From the NCBI GenBank assembly GCA_048128005.1, contig JBEUKZ010000019.1:1-64000 (forward strand): DNA of 64,000 bases, in the 5' to 3' direction. Both the position numbers and the translations under genes were made by a program. The stretch's first letter is position 1. Every line of letters begins with the position of its first letter. Below the pieces are notes generated by a model. It saw only the letters and a program-made list of their open reading frames with translations, had not been told where the DNA came from and did no database searches. Below are positions 42,601 to 51,190 of this stretch, piece after piece. This stretch comes from Veleropilina oligotropha (Eukaryota).

Positions 42601-43485
42601 GACTACAGGGCGAAAGACGACCCTGCCCTCCAAGCCCTGAAAAGACGTATACGTCTCCAGCCCGACAAAGTCCAGTGCGACGAGATGCGACGGACCCTCC
42701 CCAGCTGCCTTGGATGGGATCGGTTCATCAACACCTGGAAGCCACGCGACCTAATCCTCACCAGCCGTCAGAAGGTCCGCGAACGGGCTCAACCGCTGTT
42801 GCTCCAGAGGCACAAGGAGCACTTCCCAGACTCCCCGGTTCCTATCCTGTACCACCCCAGGGACACCCGTAAGCAAAACATCATGGTAACGATTCCGGGC
42901 ACCAGCGACAGAGAGGAGCTAGTTCTGAACGACGTCGTCGAGGTCACCATTGACGCCGCTGAAAGGGCTATCCTGACCCCGGATTGGCGCCTGGGCTATG
43001 CTCTCACCATCCATTCGAGCCAGGGTCTTACGATTCACGACCCACAGAAAGTCTGGATCATCGACGACTACCTTCAGTGGAGTAATCTCGCCTACCTAGC
43101 CGTTTCCCGGGTGGAGCTGCTGCATCAGCTCGAACGGGTAACCTGTCCTCCGGATGAGGGTGCTGAGGACAGGCCCCCGCCCCAAACCGAGCAACAGCTC
43201 CGAAAGACCATCCAGAAAAAGCTTGTGGCGTACAAACGCCAGGACCAGGCCAAGGGTCTCCCGGGGTTTAACCTGAAGGTCGATAACATCCTGCAGCTCA
43301 AAGATGCCCAAAACAACCGCTGCGCGGCATGCAACATAGAGCTGTTCTGGGCCTACCAGCCCAAAGACACACAGCAGTTCAGTGTCGACCGTGTGGACAA
43401 CAGCAGGGGCCACATCCGCGACAACGTGCGCTTAACGTGTCTGGAATGTAACCGGAAACGAGGATTTGCGGTTGTTAACGCCTGA
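39628..43485 (+). CDS. Multidomain replicase: Rho_N/HeH-like, OTU-like, family-B polymerase palm, SF1 helicase, HNH nuclease
   Basis: N-terminal LRELRSLAKDYGI..RSKLKKHDLI; GDLNC...NGHAW; PolB motifs IDMKSCYP, IIGKF, VATDSIY; helicase motifs GGGACGKT, IIWDE, GDQGQPPP, YALTIHSSQGLT, YLAVSR; C-terminal CAAC...SVDRVDNSRGH..DNVRLTCLECN. Confidence 0.88.
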   Translation: MERVSLRELRSLAKDYGIPARSKLKKHDLIRAIAGVRAAEFRRRLERAMKTGRFPSIRGDVENPHKRGRRARELRQIKDEVDAALKVRKYESQAEKNPTIRLKPLRAITDRIVKRSRKETLAHAIARKGPDLLISKTPRTAQDYQKDLLGQFTTPEGQRFIDLDDQVPPPVRLPAKEPWVELLSDAKDEFEVDGAAAAFSTWRVEVDIKIAPALDARMTDARAAQLLTALPKGEYVLRIKFLREWSEGDWVVEDKFDPVKAARKKGQGVFEISQDTKPGAITGVDKVYYENAYPVTAVVYGVYPLRERNPANLVPMKNGDLNCVAQRVVEHFEGALRGHGLTPTRRQKILEWEERVHVTGATVDDISILEKILKRAIVLRDIAGEDVFNSGKYQASMWKSIELICHNGHAWSKDLHFPQSREVHLYEGDVWEAIRQATQNEPLAVWLLGGTDRQLNVNQFVLQDGRTYRTKDDHERLQEACTALGNESLADRAFGVNHAASIMAKETNGWKPTPAGLLDDIQKACVEHGHGGLWNSMNYDTGDVCCIDMKSCYPASFLGKGEAKPYFERFGHPTHSMTRVAINGPLPQDIGTGFAEVVEWEFAQDIHPVIVAWFGKHFADNGWAPTPLLAFLVESGLLKSLKIRESIIAFKNQTDVWLPLDRDQGCSIIGKFTQGAKADGKRLTRRLVTDQGELDFLVRDTRQSGTLVGAPQRCPLGHILTYYDGSQPQYAHLRATMLAYAHINLLSMLKRFSAAEAIRVATDSIYLKKASLEKLDDVTVYVAPQLCDCRSQSCISCLIAEPYLPPVALAQWRDKGEQLYMPQEHAAYMPKPEYTQSEKDLPPSTAPCYNDTLTHHRLSYLNGGGACGKTTRAIELFRARNPIVFTPTHRLAKEMRTRGVKAQTYHSFFRWSGQNDWTPDRMGQKFIPRVIIWDEVCTVPRHILEMFLDWLGQHEVQVICCGDQGQPPPITGEMPHDWLRKTADYYEEIEVDYRAKDDPALQALKRRIRLQPDKVQCDEMRRTLPSCLGWDRFINTWKPRDLILTSRQKVRERAQPLLLQRHKEHFPDSPVPILYHPRDTRKQNIMVTIPGTSDREELVLNDVVEVTIDAAERAILTPDWRLGYALTIHSSQGLTIHDPQKVWIIDDYLQWSNLAYLAVSRVELLHQLERVTCPPDEGAEDRPPPQTEQQLRKTIQKKLVAYKRQDQAKGLPGFNLKVDNILQLKDAQNNRCAACNIELFWAYQPKDTQQFSVDRVDNSRGHIRDNVRLTCLECNRKRGFAVVNA

Positions 43486-44479
43486 GAACCGGCGGCAGCT
43501 GGGTATCACGAGGCACTACGAGCAGTTCCTCACGAACGAAGCCACGCGGTGGTCCATCCAGCAAGTAGTAGAGCACAGTCTCGTCAGGCTTAGTGACGGA
43601 GCGTCCAAGCCTGTAAACTTTTAGAGACCACACCGGGTCAGTAGCACGGCGATGACCCCCCTCCAGCTCACCATCGTAGTAAAGGTAGCGAACATCTACG
43701 TCAGAGGGGAGTTTCTGTTCCTTCCCCTGTCGGCCTGGAACAGTGGCGCCTGGCTTTTGGGCAACGCGAGGTGCCTTGATGGCGTCCTTGGGCTTTTTAC
43801 CGGTCAGCCTGGTCACTTCCCCATTCAAGGCCGCAACTACAGCTGCTAACCGGGCGACCCACTCAGTTGACCTTTGACCCTCTTTCGCAGACTCTGCAAA
43901 CCGCATCTCTGTTGCATACTGGTGCCCGAAGAGCCGCTCAGCGAGCGTCCGGTTGAAGCGCTCCACAATGCCCTGATCGCGATGGATATCCACACGGCCA
44001 CGCCTAACCTCGACGTTATTCTTTGCCAGCAGCTGGGAAACCGCGCCAATAAACTCTCGCCCTGGATCGACTTGAAGCAGTTTCGGCCAGCCAAGAGGAC
44101 TCCGCCTGTAGATTCGGGCTAGTGCTTCAGCAACCCCTTTGGCCTCTTTTGTGACCAGAGGCTCAGCCTCTTTAAAGCGACTGGCCACATCAACCACAGT
44201 CAAAGCGTACTTGTACGTTTTACGGCCGACCTTGTCATGGGGCAGAAACAGGAGATCGGCTTGGTGAACCTCGTTCGGCGTCGTAACGTCAAACCGTGGT
44301 CTTGGAATCCGCCGTGGCGCAGGTAAATAGATCTGCCATATAGCCTGCCTCTTAAGCCATGTCCGGGCCTCCACTTCAGACGCCTTAGCAGCCTCAGCTA
44401 GTTTCTTTATCGCGCCAATGCCTTTCCAGTAGCCCTTAGGGCTGTAGTATATCCTCGCAAGCTTACTATCCATCAGCAA
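43475..44479 (-). CDS. Retroviral-type (rve) DDE integrase
   Basis: HQADL (D), QVDPGREF (D), GIVERFNRTL (E); N-terminal YY.P.G motif typical of Polinton integrases. Confidence 0.95.
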   Translation of the reverse strand: MLMDSKLARIYYSPKGYWKGIGAIKKLAEAAKASEVEARTWLKRQAIWQIYLPAPRRIPRPRFDVTTPNEVHQADLLFLPHDKVGRKTYKYALTVVDVASRFKEAEPLVTKEAKGVAEALARIYRRSPLGWPKLLQVDPGREFIGAVSQLLAKNNVEVRRGRVDIHRDQGIVERFNRTLAERLFGHQYATEMRFAESAKEGQRSTEWVARLAAVVAALNGEVTRLTGKKPKDAIKAPRVAQKPGATVPGRQGKEQKLPSDVDVRYLYYDGELEGGHRRATDPVWSLKVYRLGRSVTKPDETVLYYLLDGPPRGFVREELLVVPRDTQLPPVLRR

Positions 44480-44702
44480 TGTATTCCAGTAAACTGATCA
44501 GTCTCCAACAGGCTTCAGCTTCCGGAGCCGGTCGCTGCGCAGTGGTCACCCGTAGGTTGGTCGGGCCCGAGAGCACCAGGACCGCGAACCGCACCATAGT
44601 CTTTTCGTCGCGGCGCCAGCAGTCGAGTAACGTAGTACTATAGCCGACCGCAAGCATAGCGCAGTACAGCTCTTCTGGGAGCCCCATTATTATACCTGGC
44701 AC
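44466..44702 (-). CDS. Hypothetical viral protein (78 aa)
   Basis: Fills the gap in a tightly packed co-directional gene block. Confidence 0.4.
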   Translation of the reverse strand: MPGIIMGLPEELYCAMLAVGYSTTLLDCWRRDEKTMVRFAVLVLSGPTNLRVTTAQRPAPEAEACWRLISLLEYIADG

Positions 44703-44728
44703 ACGAAAAAAATGTCCACTGGAAATAA

Positions 44729-45184
44729 TTAGGCGAGCTTGTAGGCGACCAACCCGGTCGCAGCCATCCCGAGGATGATGAAGGTGATCTCACGTCCCTT
44801 CTGGGCATCGCTCGGTGTGTAGTAGTCAGACAGCTGGGGCTCAGGGCCACCTCCCACAGCGGTGGGGTCAAGGTTCTTGCCGGTGATCAATGCATACTCA
44901 CGGATCGCGGCGTCAACATCCCGGAATGTGCCAACGGCATGACCCTGGCGGCGAAGTTCAACGTTCAGCCAGTCGAGACGCTCTGCCCTCTGTTGTGACC
45001 ATTTAGTCTGAGCAGCGTTGAGCTGTTCTACAGCAATGTCGTGGCGTTTACGCTCCGCATCGACACCGGAGCTGCGTAGCTTCGAGAAGAGGAAGTTCGA
45101 GCCGCTGAAGGCGAGGGCGTTGACGAGAGCGCCCCCAACCAGCATCGCAATGGAAGCCATTGAAATGCTGCGATTATCTAGCAA
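44729..45184 (-). CDS. Predicted membrane protein (hydrophobic N- and C-termini, central coiled coil)
   Basis: MASIAMLVGGALVNALAFSG... and ITFIILGMAATGLVAYKLA. Confidence 0.75.
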   Translation of the reverse strand: MLDNRSISMASIAMLVGGALVNALAFSGSNFLFSKLRSSGVDAERKRHDIAVEQLNAAQTKWSQQRAERLDWLNVELRRQGHAVGTFRDVDAAIREYALITGKNLDPTAVGGGPEPQLSDYYTPSDAQKGREITFIILGMAATGLVAYKLA

Positions 45185-45191
45185 GGTCCCA

Positions 45192-45431
45192 CTACTTCAA
45201 AACGTCGGCCGGAATGATGCCTTGCTTGATCAGCATGTCTTTCGTCGCCATGGCGAGCGCTACGTCGAGGACGACCATCCCAACATCGTAACCCGTGAAG
45301 TCCAGCTTGGGGCTCGCTCCCTTGAATACCATCTTTGTCAGGCGTGCGTAGCCAATGGCGAGGCCTGACACTATAGCGGCATGGTATACAGCGTTGCCGA
45401 GCATCTTTCCATCAGTGATTGGGGTAGTCAT
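45192..45431 (-). CDS. Small hydrophobic viral protein (79 aa)
   Basis: Two hydrophobic segments; packed 7 bp from the next ORF. Confidence 0.7.
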   Translation of the reverse strand: MTTPITDGKMLGNAVYHAAIVSGLAIGYARLTKMVFKGASPKLDFTGYDVGMVVLDVALAMATKDMLIKQGIIPADVLK

Positions 45432-45456
45432 AACTGTTGATTAGTACCGTTTGCGA

Positions 45457-45984
45457 CTATTGCATATGAAAAGGGTTCTGCTTCTTCAATTCGATAGTGG
45501 GGGCGGCCCGAGGCTGCCTAGCGTCCGCGTCTGGTGGCTGTTGATGTGGTGTGGATGGACCAGGGTTGCTGCGTTCTGAGGATGTCTTCCAGACAACAAA
45601 TACCAACGCAACCGTACCGGCAGCGACGGCTACCTGGGTCCAATTAAATAGGTCCGATTTCCGTGTATCTGGCGCACGCGGTCTTTCTGCGGCTGGAACC
45701 GCCTCCCCGGGCTGTTCTGATGGAACGACAACACTTGTTGGGGCACTCAGGTCTTCTTTCATTTTTCGAACCGCGGCCAGTAGCTTCTCCTGCTTGGCTT
45801 TTCGAGCAGCAGCGCCGGCCCGCCCTGCAGCCACTTTTTTCGGGTCCTTTTTACTCACTGATGAGTCCGTCGAAGAAGTCACCCTCTCTATCGGCTGGCT
45901 CTCGATCGGCTGGCTCTCGATCACTTGGTCCACTTCCGGCGTCGTCATCTTGATCTGGTATTTTAGGCGGGCAGACGTGTCCAA
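45457..45984 (-). CDS. Basic/low-complexity protein with one TM segment (start may be MTTPEV at 45948)
   Basis: KKDPKKVAAGRAGAAARKAK basic tract; VAVAAGTVALVFVVW hydrophobic segment. Confidence 0.7.
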   Translation of the reverse strand: MDTSARLKYQIKMTTPEVDQVIESQPIESQPIERVTSSTDSSVSKKDPKKVAAGRAGAAARKAKQEKLLAAVRKMKEDLSAPTSVVVPSEQPGEAVPAAERPRAPDTRKSDLFNWTQVAVAAGTVALVFVVWKTSSERSNPGPSTPHQQPPDADARQPRAAPTIELKKQNPFHMQ

Positions 45985-46636
45985 ATCGGCAGTGCTTAGC
46001 CGTGGTCAACGCTGCGGTCAGCGGTGCGAGGTACATGCCGTACTTGTGATACAGCTCACAGCTTGCAGTGGTCAGGGCATGTGAGATGAACGGGTCGGCC
46101 TCCAGGTCGGCGATCAGTCGTAGCTGGTTTGCTGGTGGAATGGGCAGGAACATCCCAGCTGCCCCCGCGTAGAGATGAATAGCTGAAGTCCCCAGAGTCT
46201 TCGTCACATCGGCACCGAGTTTCGCTTCATACCTCGCGTGGTGCTTTTCGACCTCGTCGTCAGTCATGTCGTCTATCCGGTCCACTGTGAGGTTACGCCC
46301 CATGTATCGGTGGGCCTGTCCTCCAACGGCTAAGGCTGCAAGCCTCTCACGCTTTGCCGCGCAAACGGAACTTGCGACTCCACTGTTACTGACAGGTTCC
46401 TTGCCATCGGGAGTCAAGCGACAGCTGTTGATGGTCGTTTCTTGTTCGTCATCCATGAGTTGATCGATGAGGCTGTCCATCCTGAAGCGTTTCCAGCATC
46501 GCCTCACCGGTCTAATATAACTGTAAATCCAATACCACAATGTAGCGAGTAGGAGCAAGATCAGGCTCTGGCTGAAAGCAAAAGCTACATATACAGCGTC
46601 CGACATGCGAGAGCTTGCTGGGCAGCTACTTAGCAT
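45851..46636 (-). CDS. Hypothetical viral protein (261 aa, N-terminal hydrophobic segment)
   Basis: Long ORF directly downstream of the ATPase; helical core ...LAPLTAALTTAKHC. Confidence 0.7.
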   Translation of the reverse strand: MLSSCPASSRMSDAVYVAFAFSQSLILLLLATLWYWIYSYIRPVRRCWKRFRMDSLIDQLMDDEQETTINSCRLTPDGKEPVSNSGVASSVCAAKRERLAALAVGGQAHRYMGRNLTVDRIDDMTDDEVEKHHARYEAKLGADVTKTLGTSAIHLYAGAAGMFLPIPPANQLRLIADLEADPFISHALTTASCELYHKYGMYLAPLTAALTTAKHCRFGHVCPPKIPDQDDDAGSGPSDREPADREPADREGDFFDGLISE

Positions 46637-46647
46637 CTGCTGGGTAG

Positions 46648-47280
46648 CTATAGCACACTATAAGCAACGGGCTGATCAGTTTTCAACAGAAGCTTAGCGT
46701 GTCGTGTCTCGGCCAACAGACGGCGAACCTCGGTCCGTTCATCCTGCGACGGGATTACATCGTTCTCGCGCAGACAGTCCTCGAAACTGTCGCGGTCCTT
46801 GCAATGGAACAGCGCGACCCAGCGGGTCTGCTCTCTGAGCTCCTTCAAGACCGAGTTGTACTTTTGCGTCACTACCCATACGCTCTGGGAAGCATGCCTG
46901 CCGCTGAAGGCCAACAAAGTCAGCATGTCCCGTTTTTTTGCCATAGCTTTGCTGGCGGCGCAGTCGTCGATTATGTACAGAGTCGACTCCCCCTGAAACA
47001 GCCGGTAGAACCCCCGCAGCCAGTCATGGAGTCGCTCACCCGGGGGGACTAAATACACCTCAGGGTCGGTCCAGATCCACGGACAAGACTGGTATGCTTT
47101 GTTGTACTTGATCGTGGGGCAGAGGACCACGATATGCCGGAAGACGCCTCGATACTCCCCCTCCAGCAGTTCAAGCATGAAAACCGTCTTACCACAACCG
47201 GTCTGGCCGCAGATGATTGCGGAGTGGGGGTCCTTGGTGTGCGGAAATCGTTTAGTACAGTGCTTCGACGAATCGGCCAT
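46648..47280 (-). CDS. A32/FtsK-HerA-like genome packaging ATPase
   Basis: Walker A GQTGCGKT, Walker B LYIIDD, Arg-finger/sensor region SGRH...WVVTQ. Confidence 0.93.
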   Translation of the reverse strand: MADSSKHCTKRFPHTKDPHSAIICGQTGCGKTVFMLELLEGEYRGVFRHIVVLCPTIKYNKAYQSCPWIWTDPEVYLVPPGERLHDWLRGFYRLFQGESTLYIIDDCAASKAMAKKRDMLTLLAFSGRHASQSVWVVTQKYNSVLKELREQTRWVALFHCKDRDSFEDCLRENDVIPSQDERTEVRRLLAETRHAKLLLKTDQPVAYSVL

Positions 47281-48589
47281 TCTCGATATTCAGCTGTGCG
47301 TCCATGATCACGAACTCGTAGACGTTCAGTGGACCGGCCGCTTCGGCTGTTTTAGTGATCTGAATAGTAATGCCTTCGCTGGCGTTCTCGACCCTCCGGC
47401 CTGACCCGTGCAACTGATCGTCGTCAGTTACCCGCATATCGATCCAGAGCGCAAATTTCTTAGTCAGAAATTCGCCCAGGGTGACGTCTGCCATCTCAAA
47501 GTCCTTTGCGACCATCGCGACCTCAGGATGCCGCTTGCTGCAGCCGGAGGCGAACATTTTCTTGGCTTCTTCCCAGATCTGGTATGTTCGCATGCCCTGG
47601 CTGTAGATTTGATTCGGGACACCCTCGATTGTGACCTCGACCTTTGTGATCTTCGGATTATAGAAGGCCTCAGTATCGCGAGAGAATGGCGCGGCGTCTC
47701 TCGCAGGGTCCTCGAACAACAGTAGTATTCCTTTCATCGACCTCGCCGGTACGTTCACATTCATATTCCACAACGAGTCGCTCTTGTCTAGGGTGAGCTT
47801 CCGATGCCGGAGAACACGGTCGTACAGGATTACGAGTTGACCCTGGTATTGATTTCGAATCCGTCTGGCAAGCTCGGATTGGGTTACCATGTCATATTCG
47901 AGGGATATATTGTCGATGGAATAGCTGGAACCGGAGTCGTCCGTCTCCCGGATAGTCCGGGAGTAGTCGTTGAACGTTAGCTCATACTCGAGATGGTCTC
48001 CAAGGGCGCTTTGATAGAATGGCATGTGACTTTCCAACAGCTCGAAATCCAGCGGGATGCGGAATCGGTTACCGTACGCGGCCGCGACCGCGACATCCTC
48101 AGACAGTCTGAAGGTGTCTGCCGCGCCAACACGATGCTTCGTAGTGTTGTGTCCATCGCTGGTATCAATCCCCTGGTACTGGGCGTTCTTGCGCTCCCCG
48201 GTGGTCTTCCAGAGATCGCAGTAGCAGTGGTACACGTCGGAGTCGTCAATCGACATGATCTCGTTTCCACTTATCTTTATCGTGGTCTTTCTGATCACGG
48301 CACGGCCGATATTTTGCACTACAGTCCTATTCGCATTTACCGAGGTCAGAGAGATGGTAAATGCGAGGTGGGCAGTCCCTGGAACGATCACGTCATTCGC
48401 CCCGAGATTAGGGAATCGAACCAGGAGCTGCTGGTTCGGGGCAATCGTTGATGGATTGTTTGTAATCGTGACCGACTGGCGGATGCCCTTGACCGCGAGG
48501 GGCTCACGCAGTCTGCGGTATGGATTAAGCTTGCGTCCGTACACGCTAGTCATGGCTGAATTAGATGCGTATCCCACTGATGTATTCAA
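47252..48589 (-). CDS. Major capsid protein (double jelly-roll, predicted; start may be 48553)
   Basis: ~440 aa, beta-strand-rich pattern (LLVRFP, LAFTISL, FRIPLDF, LEYELTF, ISLEYD, GILLLF, FALWIDMR, ITIQI); adjacent to the packaging ATPase. Confidence 0.8.
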   Translation of the reverse strand: MNTSVGYASNSAMTSVYGRKLNPYRRLREPLAVKGIRQSVTITNNPSTIAPNQQLLVRFPNLGANDVIVPGTAHLAFTISLTSVNANRTVVQNIGRAVIRKTTIKISGNEIMSIDDSDVYHCYCDLWKTTGERKNAQYQGIDTSDGHNTTKHRVGAADTFRLSEDVAVAAAYGNRFRIPLDFELLESHMPFYQSALGDHLEYELTFNDYSRTIRETDDSGSSYSIDNISLEYDMVTQSELARRIRNQYQGQLVILYDRVLRHRKLTLDKSDSLWNMNVNVPARSMKGILLLFEDPARDAAPFSRDTEAFYNPKITKVEVTIEGVPNQIYSQGMRTYQIWEEAKKMFASGCSKRHPEVAMVAKDFEMADVTLGEFLTKKFALWIDMRVTDDDQLHGSGRRVENASEGITIQITKTAEAAGPLNVYEFVIMDAQLNIENGRFVEALY

Positions 48590-49910
48590 ATGGCGGAATT
48601 CGAGAACCCCGCATTCGAGCCGGACGATCTCATCGACAACGATGATACCATCATCGACGATACTGATGTGGATCTATCCACTGACCGGTTTATGCCTGTT
48701 CTTTCGGAACGGCCACAGGAAGGAACCAGCAGTCTTCAGCAAGAGCTCGTTCAGGGCGTAGTTGACGACTACTACAAAGCCCTGGCACAGGAGGGGCAGA
48801 CCCCCGCGGCAGGGCGAGATTATTCAAAATTCAAGTATGTGAGGGGAAAATTAGGGAGGGGGGGGGAAATTGGTGATGACGGACTACCCCGACATCAATC
48901 TCATAAATTCTCGCACCGGCAACCCCTTGGCGTTGTCAACAATAGCTGGCCGGCCTGGTGGGGGTGATGCAATCCGTGAAGGGTTGGGTTTTGTAAACTG
49001 GAAGCGGGGAGGGGGGGGACAAAAGCCGTCCTCAAAAGCGGTTGCAGCTCTTCAGACAGCCGACAACGAGTTGAGCGGTGCGGCCGCTAATGTCGAAAAC
49101 GTAGAACTGCGGGACTTGGGGCAGACTGCTACTGATGCCTCGGTAGCAATCCACACGATGGAGACGAAATTCACTGATACCGAGGTTGAAGAGATCTTAG
49201 GCACAATGGGGGACCCTCCATTAAATCTTCGCGAGCTTCGCGGACTTGACAAGGCGATGCAGACCATCCGAGGCGAACTAACCAACAATCTAGCCAAACT
49301 AACGGCGCTGGACGAACACATAGAGCTGGAGAAGATGAAGCTCGATCAGGCAGATGAAGAGGGCGGTGTGGATGAGTTCATCCGTCGACGGATCGCGGAA
49401 CGTCTGCGCGACCTGAATGATGAAAGAGCAGCTCGCCTAGAGGCAGCATCATCAAGCCGGGAGGCCCTTCGCTCTCAAATCAGCCGGATCCGAGAGATGA
49501 TAAGTCGGATCCTGAACACCGACACAACGCTGGCCGATCGTATCCGGACCCTCTTCCGCGAGCAAGGGGTCACGATCGCAACAATACTCACCGCTATCGG
49601 GCTCGCCATCTCGACTTTGGTACTAGCCCTGACAGGTGGAGCAACAAGCCCGCCAACGCCACCACCACCTCCCAGTGGTCAGGGCGGGGTCAAGGAGTGG
49701 GTAAAAAAGCAGCTGAAGACCCTGGGTCGGATTCTGTGTAAGCTAGCGGGGCAGGCCGCAGCCGCGCTCCCAGGAATACTTGGAAGCCTGATGTCCTGGC
49801 TAATCAACCTGGTCGGCAAGACAGCATCGTGGCTCGCTGAAAACCTATGGGCACTGGTCATATCAGTTGGGGGCTTGCTTCTTATTGCCGCTAGACAGTG
49901 GGTCACGTAA
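48590..49910 (+). CDS. Coiled-coil protein with C-terminal membrane segments, split by a frameshift near 48854-48872
   Basis: ORFs 48590-48967 and 48870-49910 overlap at a duplicated G-rich patch. Long heptad region followed by hydrophobic/amphipathic helices. Confidence 0.7.
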
Positions 49911-51183
49911 GCCAAATGAACGCTAGGCCAACGACAATGCCGCCCACGATAAGTGCGGTTTTATCCTCGTCATGTTTGGTTGCCCCAGCTGAAACAGCTG
50001 CCACTGGCGCCACAGCCGGCAGAGAGCCACGATGCTTCGGAGTGACCGCATCTGCGGGTAAGACGGCGTCTTGTGGGATGACCAATCCTGTTTCTCCAGT
50101 CTCCCCAGTGGCGTTGAGCGGCACAGGATTGGCCGCGTTGACCGTAGTATTAAGACCTAGGGTCTGGGCTTCCGTGGCAACGACGATTTCGTTGTTATAC
50201 CCAGCCACATGCCCTACCCGAAGGAGCATGTCACTTGGCGCCATGTAAAGGCCGACGCCGAATACGAAGTCTACTTTAGACCTGGCATACTGCAAAACGT
50301 CCTGGTACCGTTGGATGGCTGCAGGGAGGTCCACTGGCGATGCGATGGCGTCTTCCACGTTCGCCAGGAACTGTTTCTGTGCGTCAAATGCGGTACCACT
50401 CCCCAGAATACTTGTGCGTGTCTGAGCCTGCGCTCCAAGAATCGCCCAGACATAGGTCCTAATGGAATCATTGAGCCTCTCCACGCCGGCCTTGGTGAAT
50501 CCCACCGACTTGTCCAGAATAAAAGTAGCCCACGAAGTGCCTGCATCCTGTGCTATATAGTCCACATGTAGGTCCTTCGTTTTGGCGAAGGACATCCAGC
50601 TGGGATCGTAATCCTTTCCGATGGAGTGGTATCCGTTGTTCGTCCAGTAGTTGTAGGCAGTGCCGAGCCCTTTATTGGGACCCTTGACACGCCAGTCGGT
50701 ATGGGGAGAGACTCCAAACTCGCTGCAGATCTTCTCATATGCTCTTCGATCATACGGAGTGTCGAATGCGTCCCACGTCCTGTCTTGTGGCAGCGGCGCC
50801 TGAATCTCGGTCAAGATCCTTCTGACCTGATAGTAGACGTGGAAGGTGAATACAGCAGTGGAGAGAGGGGCTGCAGTAGCATTCAAGTGGTCTTCTGAGG
50901 AGATCCCGGAACCTGTTGTGGCACACCATACTGCGAAGTTGACCTTGTTCTGCCAGAACCGCATCGGTGTGCTGTGCCAAGCCCTTATCAGCCCGTCACT
51001 AGCGACGTGAGGGAGGCGGTATTTCTGAAAGACGTCGGGGTATGTTGCCCCGAATGTCGTGGTTGAGCCATTACCCACATTGATGCTTGGTCTCGTAAGC
51101 TGCTCATCTTTGATCTTTGCTGGGTACACCACACCGGTCGGATAGGCAGCACTCCTATTAAACGCAAAGGCGCTCTTAGCCAT
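49903..51183 (-). CDS. Viral protein of unknown function with C-terminal TM anchor (~426 aa)
   Basis: Long intact ORF from the ATG at 51183, ending TALIVGGIVVGLAFIWLT. Confidence 0.8.
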   Translation of the reverse strand: MAKSAFAFNRSAAYPTGVVYPAKIKDEQLTRPSINVGNGSTTTFGATYPDVFQKYRLPHVASDGLIRAWHSTPMRFWQNKVNFAVWCATTGSGISSEDHLNATAAPLSTAVFTFHVYYQVRRILTEIQAPLPQDRTWDAFDTPYDRRAYEKICSEFGVSPHTDWRVKGPNKGLGTAYNYWTNNGYHSIGKDYDPSWMSFAKTKDLHVDYIAQDAGTSWATFILDKSVGFTKAGVERLNDSIRTYVWAILGAQAQTRTSILGSGTAFDAQKQFLANVEDAIASPVDLPAAIQRYQDVLQYARSKVDFVFGVGLYMAPSDMLLRVGHVAGYNNEIVVATEAQTLGLNTTVNAANPVPLNATGETGETGLVIPQDAVLPADAVTPKHRGSLPAVAPVAAVSAGATKHDEDKTALIVGGIVVGLAFIWLT

Positions 51184-51190
51184 AGCTACT

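Noticed and set aside
39661..43413. Many minus-strand ORFs inside the replicase, and plus-strand ORFs inside MCP/ATPase
   Set aside because: Shadow ORFs of GC-rich coding DNA with no motifs.
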